The notes: generated by a model not told the origin, from the sequence alone. Positions 42,557 to 52,964 are shown, numbered from the stretch's first letter. The stretch: DNA of 64,000 bases from Acutalibacteraceae bacterium (GCA_045652465.1 JAZRUI010000015.1:104445-168444); one strand, 5' to 3'. Program-made: numbers and translations.

Positions 42557-43555
42557 ATGGAAAATACGGAGAAGAAAACGGTTTTAAGCTGCATTCAGCC
42601 CTCGGGTCTTTTAACCCTCGGCAACTATTTAGGCGCCCTTAAAAACTGGGTTGCCATGCAGGATGAGTTTGATTGCACCTATGCCGTTGCCGACCTTCAT
42701 GCAATAACAGTGCGCCAAGAACCCGCAAAGTTCCGCGCTCAAATAAATTCAACCTGCGCTTTGTTGCTCGCGCTGGGAATCGACCCCGAGAAGAGCACCC
42801 TTTTTGTCCAGTCGCAGGTTCCGTCCCATACTCAACTTGCTTGGGTTTTATCTTGCTATACCCAGTTTGGCGAGTTGTCGCGTATGACCCAGTTCAAGGA
42901 TAAATCCGCAAAGCATGCCGATAATGTTAATCTGGGCCTTTTCGCTTATCCAACCCTTATGGCGGCCGATATTTTGCTTTATAAGCCCGATTTTGTTCCG
43001 GTTGGTGCCGACCAAAAGCAGCATTTGGAAATTGCCCGCGATATTGCCATTCGCTTCAATAATATCTATGGCGATGTGTTTAAGGTTCCCGAACCCTATA
43101 TTCCGAAGGTTGGCGCCCGCGTTATGTCGCTTCAGGACCCGACCAAGAAGATGTCGAAATCCGATGAAAACATAAATTCTTGGGTTGCAATTTTGGATAA
43201 GCCCGAGGATATTATGCGCAAGTTCAAGCGTGCCGTAACCGATTCCGAGGCAAAGGTTTGCATCGGTGAGGGCAAGGATGGAATCAATAACTTGATTGGC
43301 ATTTATAGCGCCGTAACCGGCAAAACCGCCGAACAAATCGAAAACGAGTTCGCAGGAAAGGGCTATGGCGATTTCAAAACCGCAGTTGGCGAGGCAGTTG
43401 TTGAAGAACTTCGCCCCATCCGCGAGCGTTATGAAAAAATCATCGCCGATAAGGCATATCTCGAAGAGGTATATAAAAACGGCGCCGAGCGCGCTTCTCG
43501 CGTTGCCTTCTCAACAACCAGAAAAGCAATGAAAAAGGTAGGCTTTGTAATTTAA
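42557..43555 (+). CDS. trpS: Tryptophan--tRNA ligase
   Basis: Contains CIQPSGLLTLGNYLGA, the KMSKS motif and 332 aa. Promoter TTGTAT-N17-TAAAAT about 60 nt upstream. Confidence 0.95.
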   Translation: MENTEKKTVLSCIQPSGLLTLGNYLGALKNWVAMQDEFDCTYAVADLHAITVRQEPAKFRAQINSTCALLLALGIDPEKSTLFVQSQVPSHTQLAWVLSCYTQFGELSRMTQFKDKSAKHADNVNLGLFAYPTLMAADILLYKPDFVPVGADQKQHLEIARDIAIRFNNIYGDVFKVPEPYIPKVGARVMSLQDPTKKMSKSDENINSWVAILDKPEDIMRKFKRAVTDSEAKVCIGEGKDGINNLIGIYSAVTGKTAEQIENEFAGKGYGDFKTAVGEAVVEELRPIRERYEKIIADKAYLEEVYKNGAERASRVAFSTTRKAMKKVGFVI

Positions 43556-44475
43556 TGTTGCCGATAGGAAACAAAAATATCGCTGCCCGTGTAGCGGCAT
43601 TTGCGGCGGGAAAAATTCCGCATGCAATAATGCTCGAGGGCGAACGCGGACTGGGTAAGCACACCCTTGCCGCCCATATAGCGAGTCTTGCGGTCTGCAG
43701 CGGGGAGAATCCGCCCTGCGGGCTGTGTCGTTCCTGCCATTTGTGCAGCGTTGGAAGCCATCCCGATGTTGTAACCGTTTCGCCCATGGGCAAGCAAATA
43801 AAAATCGACCAAATAAGAGATTTGCGCCAAAAAGCCTATTTGAAGGCTTCGATGGGCGAGCGCAAGGTTTATATTATTGAGAGCGCCGAGAATATGAATG
43901 CGGCGGCGCAAAACGCTTTTTTGAAGGTGCTTGAGGAACCGCCCGCGGGAGTGATATTCATCCTGCTCGTAACCTCGGCGGATAGCCTTTTGCCAACCGT
44001 TCGTTCGCGTTGCATAGTGCTTTCTCTCGTTGTGCCCGAAAAGGGCGAGGCGGCTGAATATCTCGCCCAAACAACCAACCATTCGGCGGCCGAGATTGAT
44101 AGCGCCCTAACCGCAGCCAAATGCAACATAGGCATAGCCATGGAAATCCTATCGGGCAAACGCGATAAAGGATTTTCGGGTCTTGCAAAGGAGCTGCTCT
44201 CGGATATAAACGGAGCAACTTCCTATGAAATGCTCAAAAAACTCAAACCCTATGAAAAGGACCGCGTTGCAATCGATGCAATCCTAAACGAATTGCAGGA
44301 AAGAATCGCAGTGCTCATCCGCGAAGGCTCATACACTCATATAAGGGAAGGGCTGACCCGCGCTGAGCTTATAAAGGCATATGAAACCGTTGCCGAGCTT
44401 AAGGTTAAAGCGGCAAGCAATGTTAACACGATGCTGTTGTTCTCGAACCTTTGTAGCGCTTTAAAATCACTATAA
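43555..44475 (+). CDS. holB: DNA polymerase III subunit delta-prime
   Basis: Contains HAIMLEGERGLGKHTLA, Zn module CGLCRSCHLC and FLKVLEEPP. Confidence 0.88.
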   Translation: MLPIGNKNIAARVAAFAAGKIPHAIMLEGERGLGKHTLAAHIASLAVCSGENPPCGLCRSCHLCSVGSHPDVVTVSPMGKQIKIDQIRDLRQKAYLKASMGERKVYIIESAENMNAAAQNAFLKVLEEPPAGVIFILLVTSADSLLPTVRSRCIVLSLVVPEKGEAAEYLAQTTNHSAAEIDSALTAAKCNIGIAMEILSGKRDKGFSGLAKELLSDINGATSYEMLKKLKPYEKDRVAIDAILNELQERIAVLIREGSYTHIREGLTRAELIKAYETVAELKVKAASNVNTMLLFSNLCSALKSL

Positions 44476-44488
44476 TTGGAGGATCGGT

Positions 44489-45343
44489 ATGACCGAAGTC
44501 ATTGGTGTAAAATTCAAGGCCGAAGGCAGAGTTTATTTCTTTGACCCCGATGGTAAGAAACTGTCTGTTGGCGATTATGTTATAGTCGAAACCGCCCGAG
44601 GAACCGAATGTGGAGAGGTTGCCGAGGCAAACAAGCAGGTTTCGGATGAAAAAATAATCAAACCCCTTAAAAAGCTTCTTCGCGTTGCAACCGATGCGGA
44701 TGTTGCTCGCTTGCGCGAAAACAAGGAGAAGGAAAAGCAGGCCTTCGCAACCTGCGAAAAAATGGTTATATCTCATGGGCTTGATATGAAGCTCGTTGAT
44801 GTTGAATATTCGTTTGACGGCAGCAAGATTTTATTTTATTTCACTGCCGACGGCAGGGTTGACTTCCGCGACCTCGTTAAAGACCTCGCAGGAACCTTCC
44901 ATACAAGAATCGAGCTTCGCCAAATCGGCGTTCGCGATGAAGCAAAAATGCTCGGCGGCTTGGGAATTTGCGGCCAGCCCTTTTGCTGCGCAAGATTCCT
45001 CGATGATTTCCAGCCCGTTTCCATCAAAATGGCAAAGGAGCAGGGCTTATCCCTTAACCCAACCAAAATCTCGGGCAGCTGCGGCCGCCTTATGTGCTGC
45101 TTAAAGTATGAGCAGGATGCTTATGAATATCTTTGGGGCTTCACTCCGCGCGTTGGCTGGTCGGTTAAAACCTCTTCGGGCGATGGCGTTGTTGTTGATT
45201 CCAACCCCATAACGGGAGCGCTTTTGGTTCGCCTTAACGATAGCGAATCCGCGCCTATTAAGGTTATGCGCGATGAGGTTAAGGTTTTGAGAAAAAACAA
45301 GCAACCCAAAGTTGAGGAAGAGATTCCCGAAATAGTAGAATAA
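44489..45343 (+). CDS. yaaT: PSP1-domain protein (stage 0 sporulation protein YaaT / RicT)
   Basis: Conserved position after holB. Contains CGQPFCCARFLDDFQPVSIKMAKEQGLSLNPTKISGSCGRLMCCLKYE. Confidence 0.88.
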   Translation: MTEVIGVKFKAEGRVYFFDPDGKKLSVGDYVIVETARGTECGEVAEANKQVSDEKIIKPLKKLLRVATDADVARLRENKEKEKQAFATCEKMVISHGLDMKLVDVEYSFDGSKILFYFTADGRVDFRDLVKDLAGTFHTRIELRQIGVRDEAKMLGGLGICGQPFCCARFLDDFQPVSIKMAKEQGLSLNPTKISGSCGRLMCCLKYEQDAYEYLWGFTPRVGWSVKTSSGDGVVVDSNPITGALLVRLNDSESAPIKVMRDEVKVLRKNKQPKVEEEIPEIVE

Positions 45344-45408
45344 AAACACTTGCAATTTAACAACTTAGTTGTTACAATAAAAACATAAACTATGGGAGGT
45401 GTACTTAA

Positions 45409-45579
45409 ATGGCTTACAAAATTTCTGATGAATGCATCGGCTGCGGTGCTTGCGCTGCTGCCTGCCCCACCGAAGCTATCTACGAAGGTGATGGCAAGTT
45501 CGAGATAGATGCTGATAAGTGTGTTGACTGCGGTTCTTGCGCAGCTGGCTGCCCTGTTGAGGCTATCTCTGCCGAGTAA
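45409..45579 (+). CDS. 2x[4Fe-4S] clostridial-type ferredoxin
   Basis: Not in the ORF track because it is 56 aa. Sequence is MAYKISDECIGCGACAAACPTEAIYEGDGKFEIDADKCVDCGSCAAGCPVEAISAE. GGGAGG RBS; promoter TTGCAA-N17-TACAAT; terminator follows. Confidence 0.92.
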   Translation: MAYKISDECIGCGACAAACPTEAIYEGDGKFEIDADKCVDCGSCAAGCPVEAISAE

Positions 45580-45648
45580 TTTTACTAACATAGAAAAGGG
45601 TGGGGATTTTTTGACCCACCCTTTTTTCTTGAAAAAGGAGAAAACAAA

Positions 45649-46221
45649 ATGGAAAAAACCGTATTAGTTGAAATTTCCGCTCGTCACCTTCATGTGACTA
45701 AAGAGCATTTAGAAATCCTCTTTGGTGCAGGCCATGCGCTAACACCCAAGAAGGACCTTTCCCAGCCCGGTCAGTTTGCCTGCGCCGAGAAGGTTCAGGT
45801 TGTTGGCCCCAAGGGAACCTTAAACGCCTCTATTTTAGGACCCGAGCGTCCCGAAACTCAGGTTGAGTTATCCTTAACCGATGCTCGCACCATCGGCGTT
45901 GTTGCCCCCATCCGCGAATCCGGCGATGTTAAGGGCAGCGCTGCCTGCAAGCTGGTTGGTCCCTGCGGCGAGGTTGAACTCGAGTGCGGCGTTATCGCTG
46001 CAAAGCGTCATATACATATGACCCCCGCTGATGCCGAGAAGTATTCCTTAACCGATAACCAGAATGTTAAGGTTGCAGTTAAGACCGAGGGCAGAAGCTT
46101 AATTTTCGATGATGTTGTTGTTCGCGTTAGCCCCAAGTATGCGCTCGCAATGCATATCGATACCGATGAAGCCAACGCAGCAGCAGTTCCCGGCAGCTGC
46201 ACAGGTATAATCCTTGACTAA
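45649..46221 (+). CDS. pduL: Phosphate acyltransferase PduL (phosphotransacetylase/propanoyltransferase)
   Basis: Contains VEISARHLHVTKEHLEILFG and a second repeat RHIHMTPADAEKY. 190 aa. Confidence 0.85.
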   Translation: MEKTVLVEISARHLHVTKEHLEILFGAGHALTPKKDLSQPGQFACAEKVQVVGPKGTLNASILGPERPETQVELSLTDARTIGVVAPIRESGDVKGSAACKLVGPCGEVELECGVIAAKRHIHMTPADAEKYSLTDNQNVKVAVKTEGRSLIFDDVVVRVSPKYALAMHIDTDEANAAAVPGSCTGIILD

Positions 46222-47302
46222 TTTAGGGCTTTATGTCCATACTCCGTTTTGCGCTAAAAAATGCAACTATTGCGATTTTTATTCTATAGAGCAAAGCGAA
46301 GAATTGTTCGACCTTTATAAGATTAAGGTTAAAGAAGAGATAATGCGATGGGGCGTGCGTGCAGCGCGCCCCATTGATTCGCTATACCTCGGCGGAGGAA
46401 CTCCCTCGCTGCTCGGCGGGGAAAGGATTGCCGAAATTGTCGGTGCCGCCCGCGATGCCTTTGGCTTCGCTTCCCCCGAGATAACATTAGAATGCAACCC
46501 TGCCGATGATTTAGAGCAAACGCTCAGCGTTGCTGCCAAGAGCGGTGTTAACCGCGTGTCGATAGGCGTTCAAACCGCCAATGAGAAAATTTTAGAGATT
46601 TTAGGGCGCCGCCATAAAAATGCCGATGTTGAGAAAACCGTTGCCGCCGCTTTTGCTGCGGGAATCGATAATATCTCTCTCGATTTAATGATAGGCCTGC
46701 CCGAAAGCAGCATAGAGGATGTTAAAAATTCGCTCGATTTTTTGCTGTCCTTCGACCCATCCCATATTTCGGTTTATATGTTAGGAATCGAAGAGGGAAC
46801 CCCATTTTACAAAAACACACCCCCTCTTCCAACCGAAGATGAGGTTGTGGCGCAGTATGCTTTGGCTGCCGATTACCTTGAGGCTAAAGGCTTTAGCCAC
46901 TATGAAATTTCTAATTTCGCAACGCAAAACAAAGAAAGCCGTCATAATTTAAAATATTGGAACTGCGATGAATATATAGGCATTGGCCCCTCTGCGCATT
47001 CTTTTTTCGGCGGCAAGCGTTTTTATTATGAGCGCAATTTGCAGGCGTTTTTAGCGGGAACCGCTCCAACTCCCGATGGCATCGGGGGCGACCGCGAGGA
47101 ATATCTAATGCTTCGCCTGCGACTCAAAAACGGCATAAACTTTAATGATTTTGAAAAACGCTATGGCGCGTTCCCAACCGATTGGCTAAAGTCCGCCAAA
47201 CGCTTGGCGGATGGGGGATACGCCGTGTTAACCGATAAAGGATTCGCCCTAACGAGAGAGGGCTTTTTGGTACAAAACAAAATTTTGGGAGAGTTTATAT
47301 GA
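46214..47302 (+). CDS. hemW: Radical SAM family heme chaperone HemW
   Basis: Contains LYVHTPFCAKKCNYCDFYS (CxxxCxxC) and a C-terminal HemN_C-like region. TTG start overlaps the pduL stop. Confidence 0.85.
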   Translation: MTNLGLYVHTPFCAKKCNYCDFYSIEQSEELFDLYKIKVKEEIMRWGVRAARPIDSLYLGGGTPSLLGGERIAEIVGAARDAFGFASPEITLECNPADDLEQTLSVAAKSGVNRVSIGVQTANEKILEILGRRHKNADVEKTVAAAFAAGIDNISLDLMIGLPESSIEDVKNSLDFLLSFDPSHISVYMLGIEEGTPFYKNTPPLPTEDEVVAQYALAADYLEAKGFSHYEISNFATQNKESRHNLKYWNCDEYIGIGPSAHSFFGGKRFYYERNLQAFLAGTAPTPDGIGGDREEYLMLRLRLKNGINFNDFEKRYGAFPTDWLKSAKRLADGGYAVLTDKGFALTREGFLVQNKILGEFI

Positions 47303-47928
47303 GAAGCTATAAAATCCACCTTATCCGCCATGGCAGCACCGATGCCAACAAAGAGGGAAGATATGTAGGCGCGAGAACCGACCTGCCGCTATCGCAGGAG
47401 GGCAAAAAAGAGCTTAAGATGATGAAGGAAAAATATCGTTATCCCTTCGTTGATGTTGTTTATTCCAGCCCCCTTTCTCGCTGCTTGGAGAGTGCCAAGA
47501 TTTTGTTCCCCGAACGCGAGATTGTAGCGGTTGAGAATATGCGTGAATATGATTTCGGCGAGTTTGAGGGAAAAACTGCTGCCGAGCTTGAGGGTCGCCC
47601 CGATTATGCCGCTTGGGCATCGGGTCAGATGCCTGCTCCTGTCGGCGGCGAATCCAGCAAGGATTTTACTGCTCGAATCGTTTTGGGCCTTAACGAAATT
47701 ATCCGCGATATGATGGCTCGCGAGTGCTATGAAGCGGCCGCCCTTATGCACGGTGGCGCAATTATGATGCTGCTTGCCGCCTGCGCCCTCCCGCAACATC
47801 ATCCCGCCGAATGGACGAGCGAAAACGGAACGGGATACACTGCGATAGTAACCCCTTCGCTCTATCAAAAGTCGGGAATTATCGAGGTTGTCAACCTCGT
47901 TCCCGCGGAGGAATATGATGAAATTTAA
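47299..47928 (+). CDS. Histidine phosphatase family protein (phosphoglycerate mutase-like)
   Basis: Contains HLIRHGSTDAN (RHG motif). 209 aa. 4-nt overlap with hemW. Confidence 0.8.
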   Translation: MRSYKIHLIRHGSTDANKEGRYVGARTDLPLSQEGKKELKMMKEKYRYPFVDVVYSSPLSRCLESAKILFPEREIVAVENMREYDFGEFEGKTAAELEGRPDYAAWASGQMPAPVGGESSKDFTARIVLGLNEIIRDMMARECYEAAALMHGGAIMMLLAACALPQHHPAEWTSENGTGYTAIVTPSLYQKSGIIEVVNLVPAEEYDEI

Positions 47929-48583
47929 AGGAATTATTTTTGATTTTAACGGAACGCTTATTTTAGATGATGCAAATCATTTAGCGGGCTGGAAAAGGCT
48001 GGCAAAGGAGCTTGGCTTCGACCTGACCGATGAGTTTTATTTCAAAAATATGCACGGCTCAACCAACGAGCTTATATATGAGCTCTTTTATGGCAAGCCG
48101 TGTCCTGCCGAGCTTGTGGGCGTTTTCGGCAACGAGAAGGAGGTTTATTATCGCGAGTTTTGCGAAAAAGAAGCTCCTCCTTTTGCAAACGGCGTTATCG
48201 AGCTTATAACCTTCTTAAAGCAAAAGGGAATACCCCATGCGATTGCAACCTCATCCGAAATATCCAACCTAACCTTCTTCAAAAAGCTGTATCCGCTTGA
48301 AGAGATGTTTGGAGATAACATTATATATAACGATGGAACGGTTCGCGGGAAACCCTTCCCCGACCTTTATTTAAAAGCGGCGGAAAAGTTAGGGCTCGAC
48401 CCGCGCGATTGCATAACGGTTGAGGATTCCTATTCAGGCGCCCGCGCCTGCAAGGCATCCGGCTCAAGAATGGTTGTCGGCGTTTGCCCCCGCGGAGCCG
48501 AAAACTTTGTCGGCAAGGAGTTCACCGACCTAACCATAACCGATTTCACCGAACTCGACTATCAAAATTTGTTCGAATATTAA
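47918..48583 (+). CDS. HAD family hydrolase (beta-phosphoglucomutase-like subfamily)
   Basis: Contains GIIFDFNGTL (motif I) and VEDSYSGARA (motif IV). Start at the second ATG, 6 nt after GGAGG. Confidence 0.75.
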   Translation: MKFKGIIFDFNGTLILDDANHLAGWKRLAKELGFDLTDEFYFKNMHGSTNELIYELFYGKPCPAELVGVFGNEKEVYYREFCEKEAPPFANGVIELITFLKQKGIPHAIATSSEISNLTFFKKLYPLEEMFGDNIIYNDGTVRGKPFPDLYLKAAEKLGLDPRDCITVEDSYSGARACKASGSRMVVGVCPRGAENFVGKEFTDLTITDFTELDYQNLFEY

Positions 48584-48650
48584 AGTCCCTTTACAAATGC
48601 GGAGCAATATGATAGAATAATAACACTTAATTAGCATTGGAGGATTGGAA

Positions 48651-48935
48651 ATGGCAGAAAACCAATTTCTAACATATAAGAATAAGCCCCTCGTTCGCAA
48701 GGGCAAGGAGATATACTATGGCGATATGTCCGAGAAGTATGTTATCCGACTTGAGATTTTATCCGAAAAGGAAGAGGAAGGCGTTAAAACTCCCGACCGC
48801 GTTTTAGTTCAGCTCCTCTTATCCGATACCGAAATCCCCGCAAAGGACCGAGTTAAGAAAAAGAGCGAAAAGAGCGGTCTTTATGAGGCTATGGACCTCG
48901 GTGCAGTTTGGCTCGAGCGCGAGCTTAAGGCTTAA
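48651..48935 (+). CDS. Hypothetical small protein
   Basis: 94 aa. GGAGG lies 7 nt before ATG 48651. Promoter TTTACA-N17-TAGAAT upstream; hairpin terminator GCGGAAGTC...GGCTTCCGC downstream. Confidence 0.55.
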   Translation: MAENQFLTYKNKPLVRKGKEIYYGDMSEKYVIRLEILSEKEEEGVKTPDRVLVQLLLSDTEIPAKDRVKKKSEKSGLYEAMDLGAVWLERELKA

Positions 48936-49077
48936 AAAAGGGCGGAAGTCTTTATGGCTTCCGCTTTTAAAATGCAAATTTTTTAAAAATCGCGAGTGAG
49001 CAAAAGAGAGAAAACAAGAGAAAACGAGAGAAAAAACGAGCAACGCGTTTTTAAATTAAATTTTTCAAAAAATAGTG

Positions 49078-49106
49078 TTGACAAAGGTGCCCCGCTATGT
49101 TATCAT
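49078..49106 (+). promoter_or_regulatory. Sigma-A-like promoter of rplM-rpsI
   Basis: TTGACA-N17-TATCAT with a TGn extended -10. It lies inside the listed ORF 48996-49568, showing that ORF's N-terminus is spurious. Confidence 0.65.
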
Positions 49107-49139
49107 AGCAAGGCACGAAAAATATATGGAGGTAGAATT

Positions 49140-49568
49140 ATGTCCACTTTTATGGCTAACGCAAACACCGTACAGCGCAAGTGGTATGTTATCGATGCTG
49201 CAGGCAAGCCCCTCGGAAGAGTAGCAGTTAAGGCAGCCGATTTACTTCGCGGTAAGGTAAAGCCTGAGTTCACCCCTCATGTTGACTGCGGCGATTTCGT
49301 TGTAGTTTTAAATGCTGAGAAGGCTGTTCTCACCGGCAAGAAACTTGAAAAGAAAATGTATCAGCGCCACACCGGCTACATCGGTGGTTTAAAGGAAGTT
49401 AAGTATTCCACTTTAATGGCAACCCGCCCCGAGCTCGCAATGGAGCTTGCAATTAAGGGTATGGTTCCGGACACCACCATCGGCCGCAAGGCTCTCACCC
49501 GTCTTCATGTTTATCGCGGCACCGAGCATAAGCATGCCGCTCAGAAGCCTGAAGCACTTGAATTTTAA
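49140..49568 (+). CDS. rplM: 50S ribosomal protein L13
   Basis: Begins [37 protein letters not shown]. Confidence 0.95.
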   Translation: MSTFMANANTVQRKWYVIDAAGKPLGRVAVKAADLLRGKVKPEFTPHVDCGDFVVVLNAEKAVLTGKKLEKKMYQRHTGYIGGLKEVKYSTLMATRPELAMELAIKGMVPDTTIGRKALTRLHVYRGTEHKHAAQKPEALEF

Positions 49569-49588
49569 CGAGAGGAGACAGAATAGAA

Positions 49589-49987
49589 ATGTTTGAAGGT
49601 AAACCGTATTTTTATGGAACCGGCAGAAGAAAGAGTTCTGTCGCTCGCGTTCGCGTTTATAGCGGAACAGGTAAAATAACCATCAACAACCGCGACATCG
49701 ATGATTACTTTGGTCTTGAAACCTTAAAGCTCATCGTTCGTCAGCCCTTAGCTCTTACCGAAACAACCGATAAGTTCGATATCGTTTGCTCGGTTGCCGG
49801 TGGCGGCGTAACCGGTCAGGCAGGCGCAATCCGTCATGGTGTTGCCCGCGCCCTTCTTCAGTATGATGCAGAGCTTCGCGCTGCTCTCAAGAAGGCTGGC
49901 CTCTTAACCCGCGACCCCAGAATGAAGGAGCGCAAGAAGTACGGCCTCAAGGGAGCCCGTCGCGCACCCCAGTTCTCAAAGAGATAA
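49589..49987 (+). CDS. rpsI: 30S ribosomal protein S9
   Basis: Contains [15 protein letters not shown] and ends ...[14 protein letters not shown]. Confidence 0.95.
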   Translation: MFEGKPYFYGTGRRKSSVARVRVYSGTGKITINNRDIDDYFGLETLKLIVRQPLALTETTDKFDIVCSVAGGGVTGQAGAIRHGVARALLQYDAELRAALKKAGLLTRDPRMKERKKYGLKGARRAPQFSKR

Positions 49988-50005
49988 TTGCATTATTATC
50001 AACTT

Positions 50006-50040
50006 ACAAGCCTTGTGTTCGCACAAGGCTTGTTTCTTTA
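50006..50040 (+). terminator. Intrinsic terminator after rpsI
   Basis: ACAAGCCTTGTG-TTC-GCACAAGGCTTGT-TTCTTT. Confidence 0.8.
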
Positions 50041-50111
50041 TTTATAAGTTATCCCCCTTGTGCAGAACGGTCGGTTGTGATAAAATGATTTTATAGAAAG
50101 GGGATAGGGGA

Positions 50112-52220
50112 ATGCGCGAAAGGCTTTTAAACAAAAAAACCGCCTTAATTGCGGTTGGAATACTGCTTGCGTTGGCGCTTTTTATCGCAGCTATGATTCT
50201 ATTGGCGCCCAAGGCGGGAAATGATAGCGCCATTTCCTCCGAAGAAACCTCATCTATAGAGAGCGAGCCCTCCTCGAGTTCGCCTTCGAGCAGCGAGCCT
50301 GCCTCGAGTGTGCCGCCCTCATCCGCGCCGCCCCCTGAATTTAAAATAACCTCCCATCGCGCGACCGATGTAACCGTTTTGGAACCCTTCACGGTCTTTT
50401 CGGGCATCAGCGACCCTGCGGAGCCGCTTCTTTTGAATGGCGAGGAAATAACGCGCGATGATAAAGGCGCATTCTCGGCGGAATATGACCTAACCCCGGG
50501 CAAAAACACCTTCAAGTTCTCCCATAAGGGCAAGGAATATACATATATTGTCCGCTACCGCTTCGATATCATAAAATCCATAACGCCAAGCGGCGATATG
50601 AAGTTTGAGAGCGGCTCAACCTTTGCCGTAACCGTTAATGCCCGCGTTGGCAGCGTTGTCAGCGCAACCTTTAACGGCCAAACAATCTTCCTCTCCCGCA
50701 ACGATACCCAGGGCGGCGATGAGGAGGCTGCAACGAGCGATACATTCGTAAACTTTATGGGCAGTTTCACACTGCCGAGCGGCAACAAAACCGACCTAAA
50801 ACTGGGCGTTGTTCAAATCAGCGCAACCCATAGCGGCAACACCGCAACCGCCAAAACAGGGAATATAACCTGCAAAAAGGTCGAGCTTCCCGTTATTGGC
50901 GAGATAGTTGCCTTCTCCGCCGAAACCTTCGATGGCGACAAGACCGATGATGCCTCCCGCCCAACCAACAATTATCTTCCCGCAGGAACGGTTGATTATG
51001 TTGTTGGCCGCGCCTATAACGGCAGCAAGGAATATTTGCTCCTCCGCTGCGGCAGGCGCGTTTATGTTGATAAAAAAATGGTGCCCACGGGCGAAACGGT
51101 TGTCGTTGCCCGCGAATATGAAGGCACCCTGCCCGATAAAAACCATATCTCAATAGCCTCATTTGAAACTAAAGAGCGCCAAACCGTTTTAACACTCAAC
51201 ACCGATTGGAAGGCGCCCTTCATTCTCGATATTTTGCCGCAAGCATATCAAAATCCCTCTAAACAGGATTATAGAATTTCATCCTTCACGGGCGAATATG
51301 TTGAGATAACCTTTTGCTATGCCGATGGGATAGAGGGCGAAATAATTGTTGATGAAAATAATCCGCTTTTCTCGAGCGCTGAAATAAAAGCCGAGGGCGA
51401 GAAGAAGATTTTGCGCCTCAATTTCAAGGAAAAAGGCGCGTTCTATGGTTGGAACGCCTATTATAACAGCGAGAACCAGTTGGTGTTCGAATTCCTCAAT
51501 CCCGCGAAGATAACCGTATCCAATAATGAATACGGAGCCGATTTGAGCGGCGCGGTGATACTAATCGACATAGGCCACGGCGGAAGCGATTTCGGCGCCC
51601 CCGGAATTGGCAACACCTATTTTGAGGAGGAGCGAAACCTCTATTTAGGATTTAAGCTGAAGGCCGAGCTTGAGAGTATGGGCGCAACGGTTATAATGAA
51701 CCGCGAGAGCGATTCAACCATTAAGGCCGATGACCGCTGCGAGCAGCTGAAACGCCTAAAACCCGACCTTTGCATCGCGATTCATCACGATTCCAATGCA
51801 TCCTCAAAGCCCAACGGTTTCGGAATGTATTATTCAACCCCGTTTTCTCATTTGGCAACCAAATTTATCTATGACCGAACCAAAGAAGCCAATATCTATA
51901 CCCCCGCAGCCGACGGCTACCGCGATAAGCTCGACTGGCATTATTATTTTGTTGCAAGAATGAGCGATTGCCCCGTTGTTTTAACCGAGAACGGATTTAT
52001 GTCGAGCCCCATCGACCGCGACTGCATAGTAAGCGAACAAAGCAACATAGAAAAGGCAAAAGCCATCGCGATGGGCGTTGCCGATTATTTCCTCGAAATA
52101 AACTCGCTCAAACGCGGCGATATTCCCGAAACCAGCGAGCCCACAACGGGAACTTCATCCGAAGAAACCTCATCGCAAGCCCCTGCCGAAGGCGAATCCT
52201 CGGATGCCGTTTCAGGCTAA
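50112..52220 (+). CDS. Membrane-anchored N-acetylmuramoyl-L-alanine amidase (Amidase_3 C-terminal domain)
   Basis: N-terminal TM helix, Ser/Pro-rich linker, and a large beta-rich middle region. C-terminal ILIDIGHGGSDFGAPG, CIAIHHDSN and VLTENGFMSSP match the amidase_3 zinc-site pattern. Confidence 0.8.
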   Translation: MRERLLNKKTALIAVGILLALALFIAAMILLAPKAGNDSAISSEETSSIESEPSSSSPSSSEPASSVPPSSAPPPEFKITSHRATDVTVLEPFTVFSGISDPAEPLLLNGEEITRDDKGAFSAEYDLTPGKNTFKFSHKGKEYTYIVRYRFDIIKSITPSGDMKFESGSTFAVTVNARVGSVVSATFNGQTIFLSRNDTQGGDEEAATSDTFVNFMGSFTLPSGNKTDLKLGVVQISATHSGNTATAKTGNITCKKVELPVIGEIVAFSAETFDGDKTDDASRPTNNYLPAGTVDYVVGRAYNGSKEYLLLRCGRRVYVDKKMVPTGETVVVAREYEGTLPDKNHISIASFETKERQTVLTLNTDWKAPFILDILPQAYQNPSKQDYRISSFTGEYVEITFCYADGIEGEIIVDENNPLFSSAEIKAEGEKKILRLNFKEKGAFYGWNAYYNSENQLVFEFLNPAKITVSNNEYGADLSGAVILIDIGHGGSDFGAPGIGNTYFEEERNLYLGFKLKAELESMGATVIMNRESDSTIKADDRCEQLKRLKPDLCIAIHHDSNASSKPNGFGMYYSTPFSHLATKFIYDRTKEANIYTPAADGYRDKLDWHYYFVARMSDCPVVLTENGFMSSPIDRDCIVSEQSNIEKAKAIAMGVADYFLEINSLKRGDIPETSEPTTGTSSEETSSQAPAEGESSDAVSG

Positions 52221-52334
52221 AAATAAATTTTTAAAAATTTTTCAAAAATATAAAACCGTTTGAGTTTTCGGTTCCCCTTTATAAGCGTAAGGGGAAGACC
52301 CAGACGATAATTTTTAAAAAAGAGGTAATTAAAA

Positions 52335-52964
52335 ATGAAAAAAATTGTGGCACTTTTATTAGCAGTACTCGTAGTATTTTCTATGGCGGCATGCGGCAGC
52401 AAGTCGGATATCGATGCATCAGACGGCATCTCGGTTGAAGAGTGTTATAACGCGGTTATTCACTCCAAAAGCGCTGCTGAGATGAACAAATACTTAAGCA
52501 CCAACAATGCCGATAAGTATTTCTTCAAGGTTCAGAGTTTGTTCGGCGGCGTAAAATGTGAGGCATCCGCCGAATACGCAGGCGAATATGCCGACTACGA
52601 GGTATATTACATTACCATTCGCGATCTCGACAATAAATCCAAAACCATGAGCAACTTTGAAATCTTTAAAAAGGAAGGCAATAATTATTATTTAGCACTT
52701 GATGATAAGGTTATAAACGAAATCAACGAAAACTGCGTTTGCCCCACCTGCGAAGGCTCCGGCTCCGCACTCTCGGGCGGCACCACCTGCCCCATTTGCA
52801 GCGGCACCTGCGTTCAGTATTTCCCCAATGCTTATTTGGATGCAGCAACAGGTATGTGGCAGGGCGAAACCCGCGCTTGCTCGGGCTGCGCAGGCGCAGG
52901 CTACTTAGGCGGCAGCGAAAAAACCTGCACTACCTGCAAAGGCAGAAAATATGTTTTCAACTAA
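52335..52964 (+). CDS. Lipoprotein with a C-terminal DnaJ-type 4x CxxCxGxG zinc-finger module
   Basis: Lipobox VFSMAACGS. C-terminus carries CPTCEGSG, CPICSGTC, CSGCAGAG and CTTCKGRK. Confidence 0.7.
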   Translation: MKKIVALLLAVLVVFSMAACGSKSDIDASDGISVEECYNAVIHSKSAAEMNKYLSTNNADKYFFKVQSLFGGVKCEASAEYAGEYADYEVYYITIRDLDNKSKTMSNFEIFKKEGNNYYLALDDKVINEINENCVCPTCEGSGSALSGGTTCPICSGTCVQYFPNAYLDAATGMWQGETRACSGCAGAGYLGGSEKTCTTCKGRKYVFN

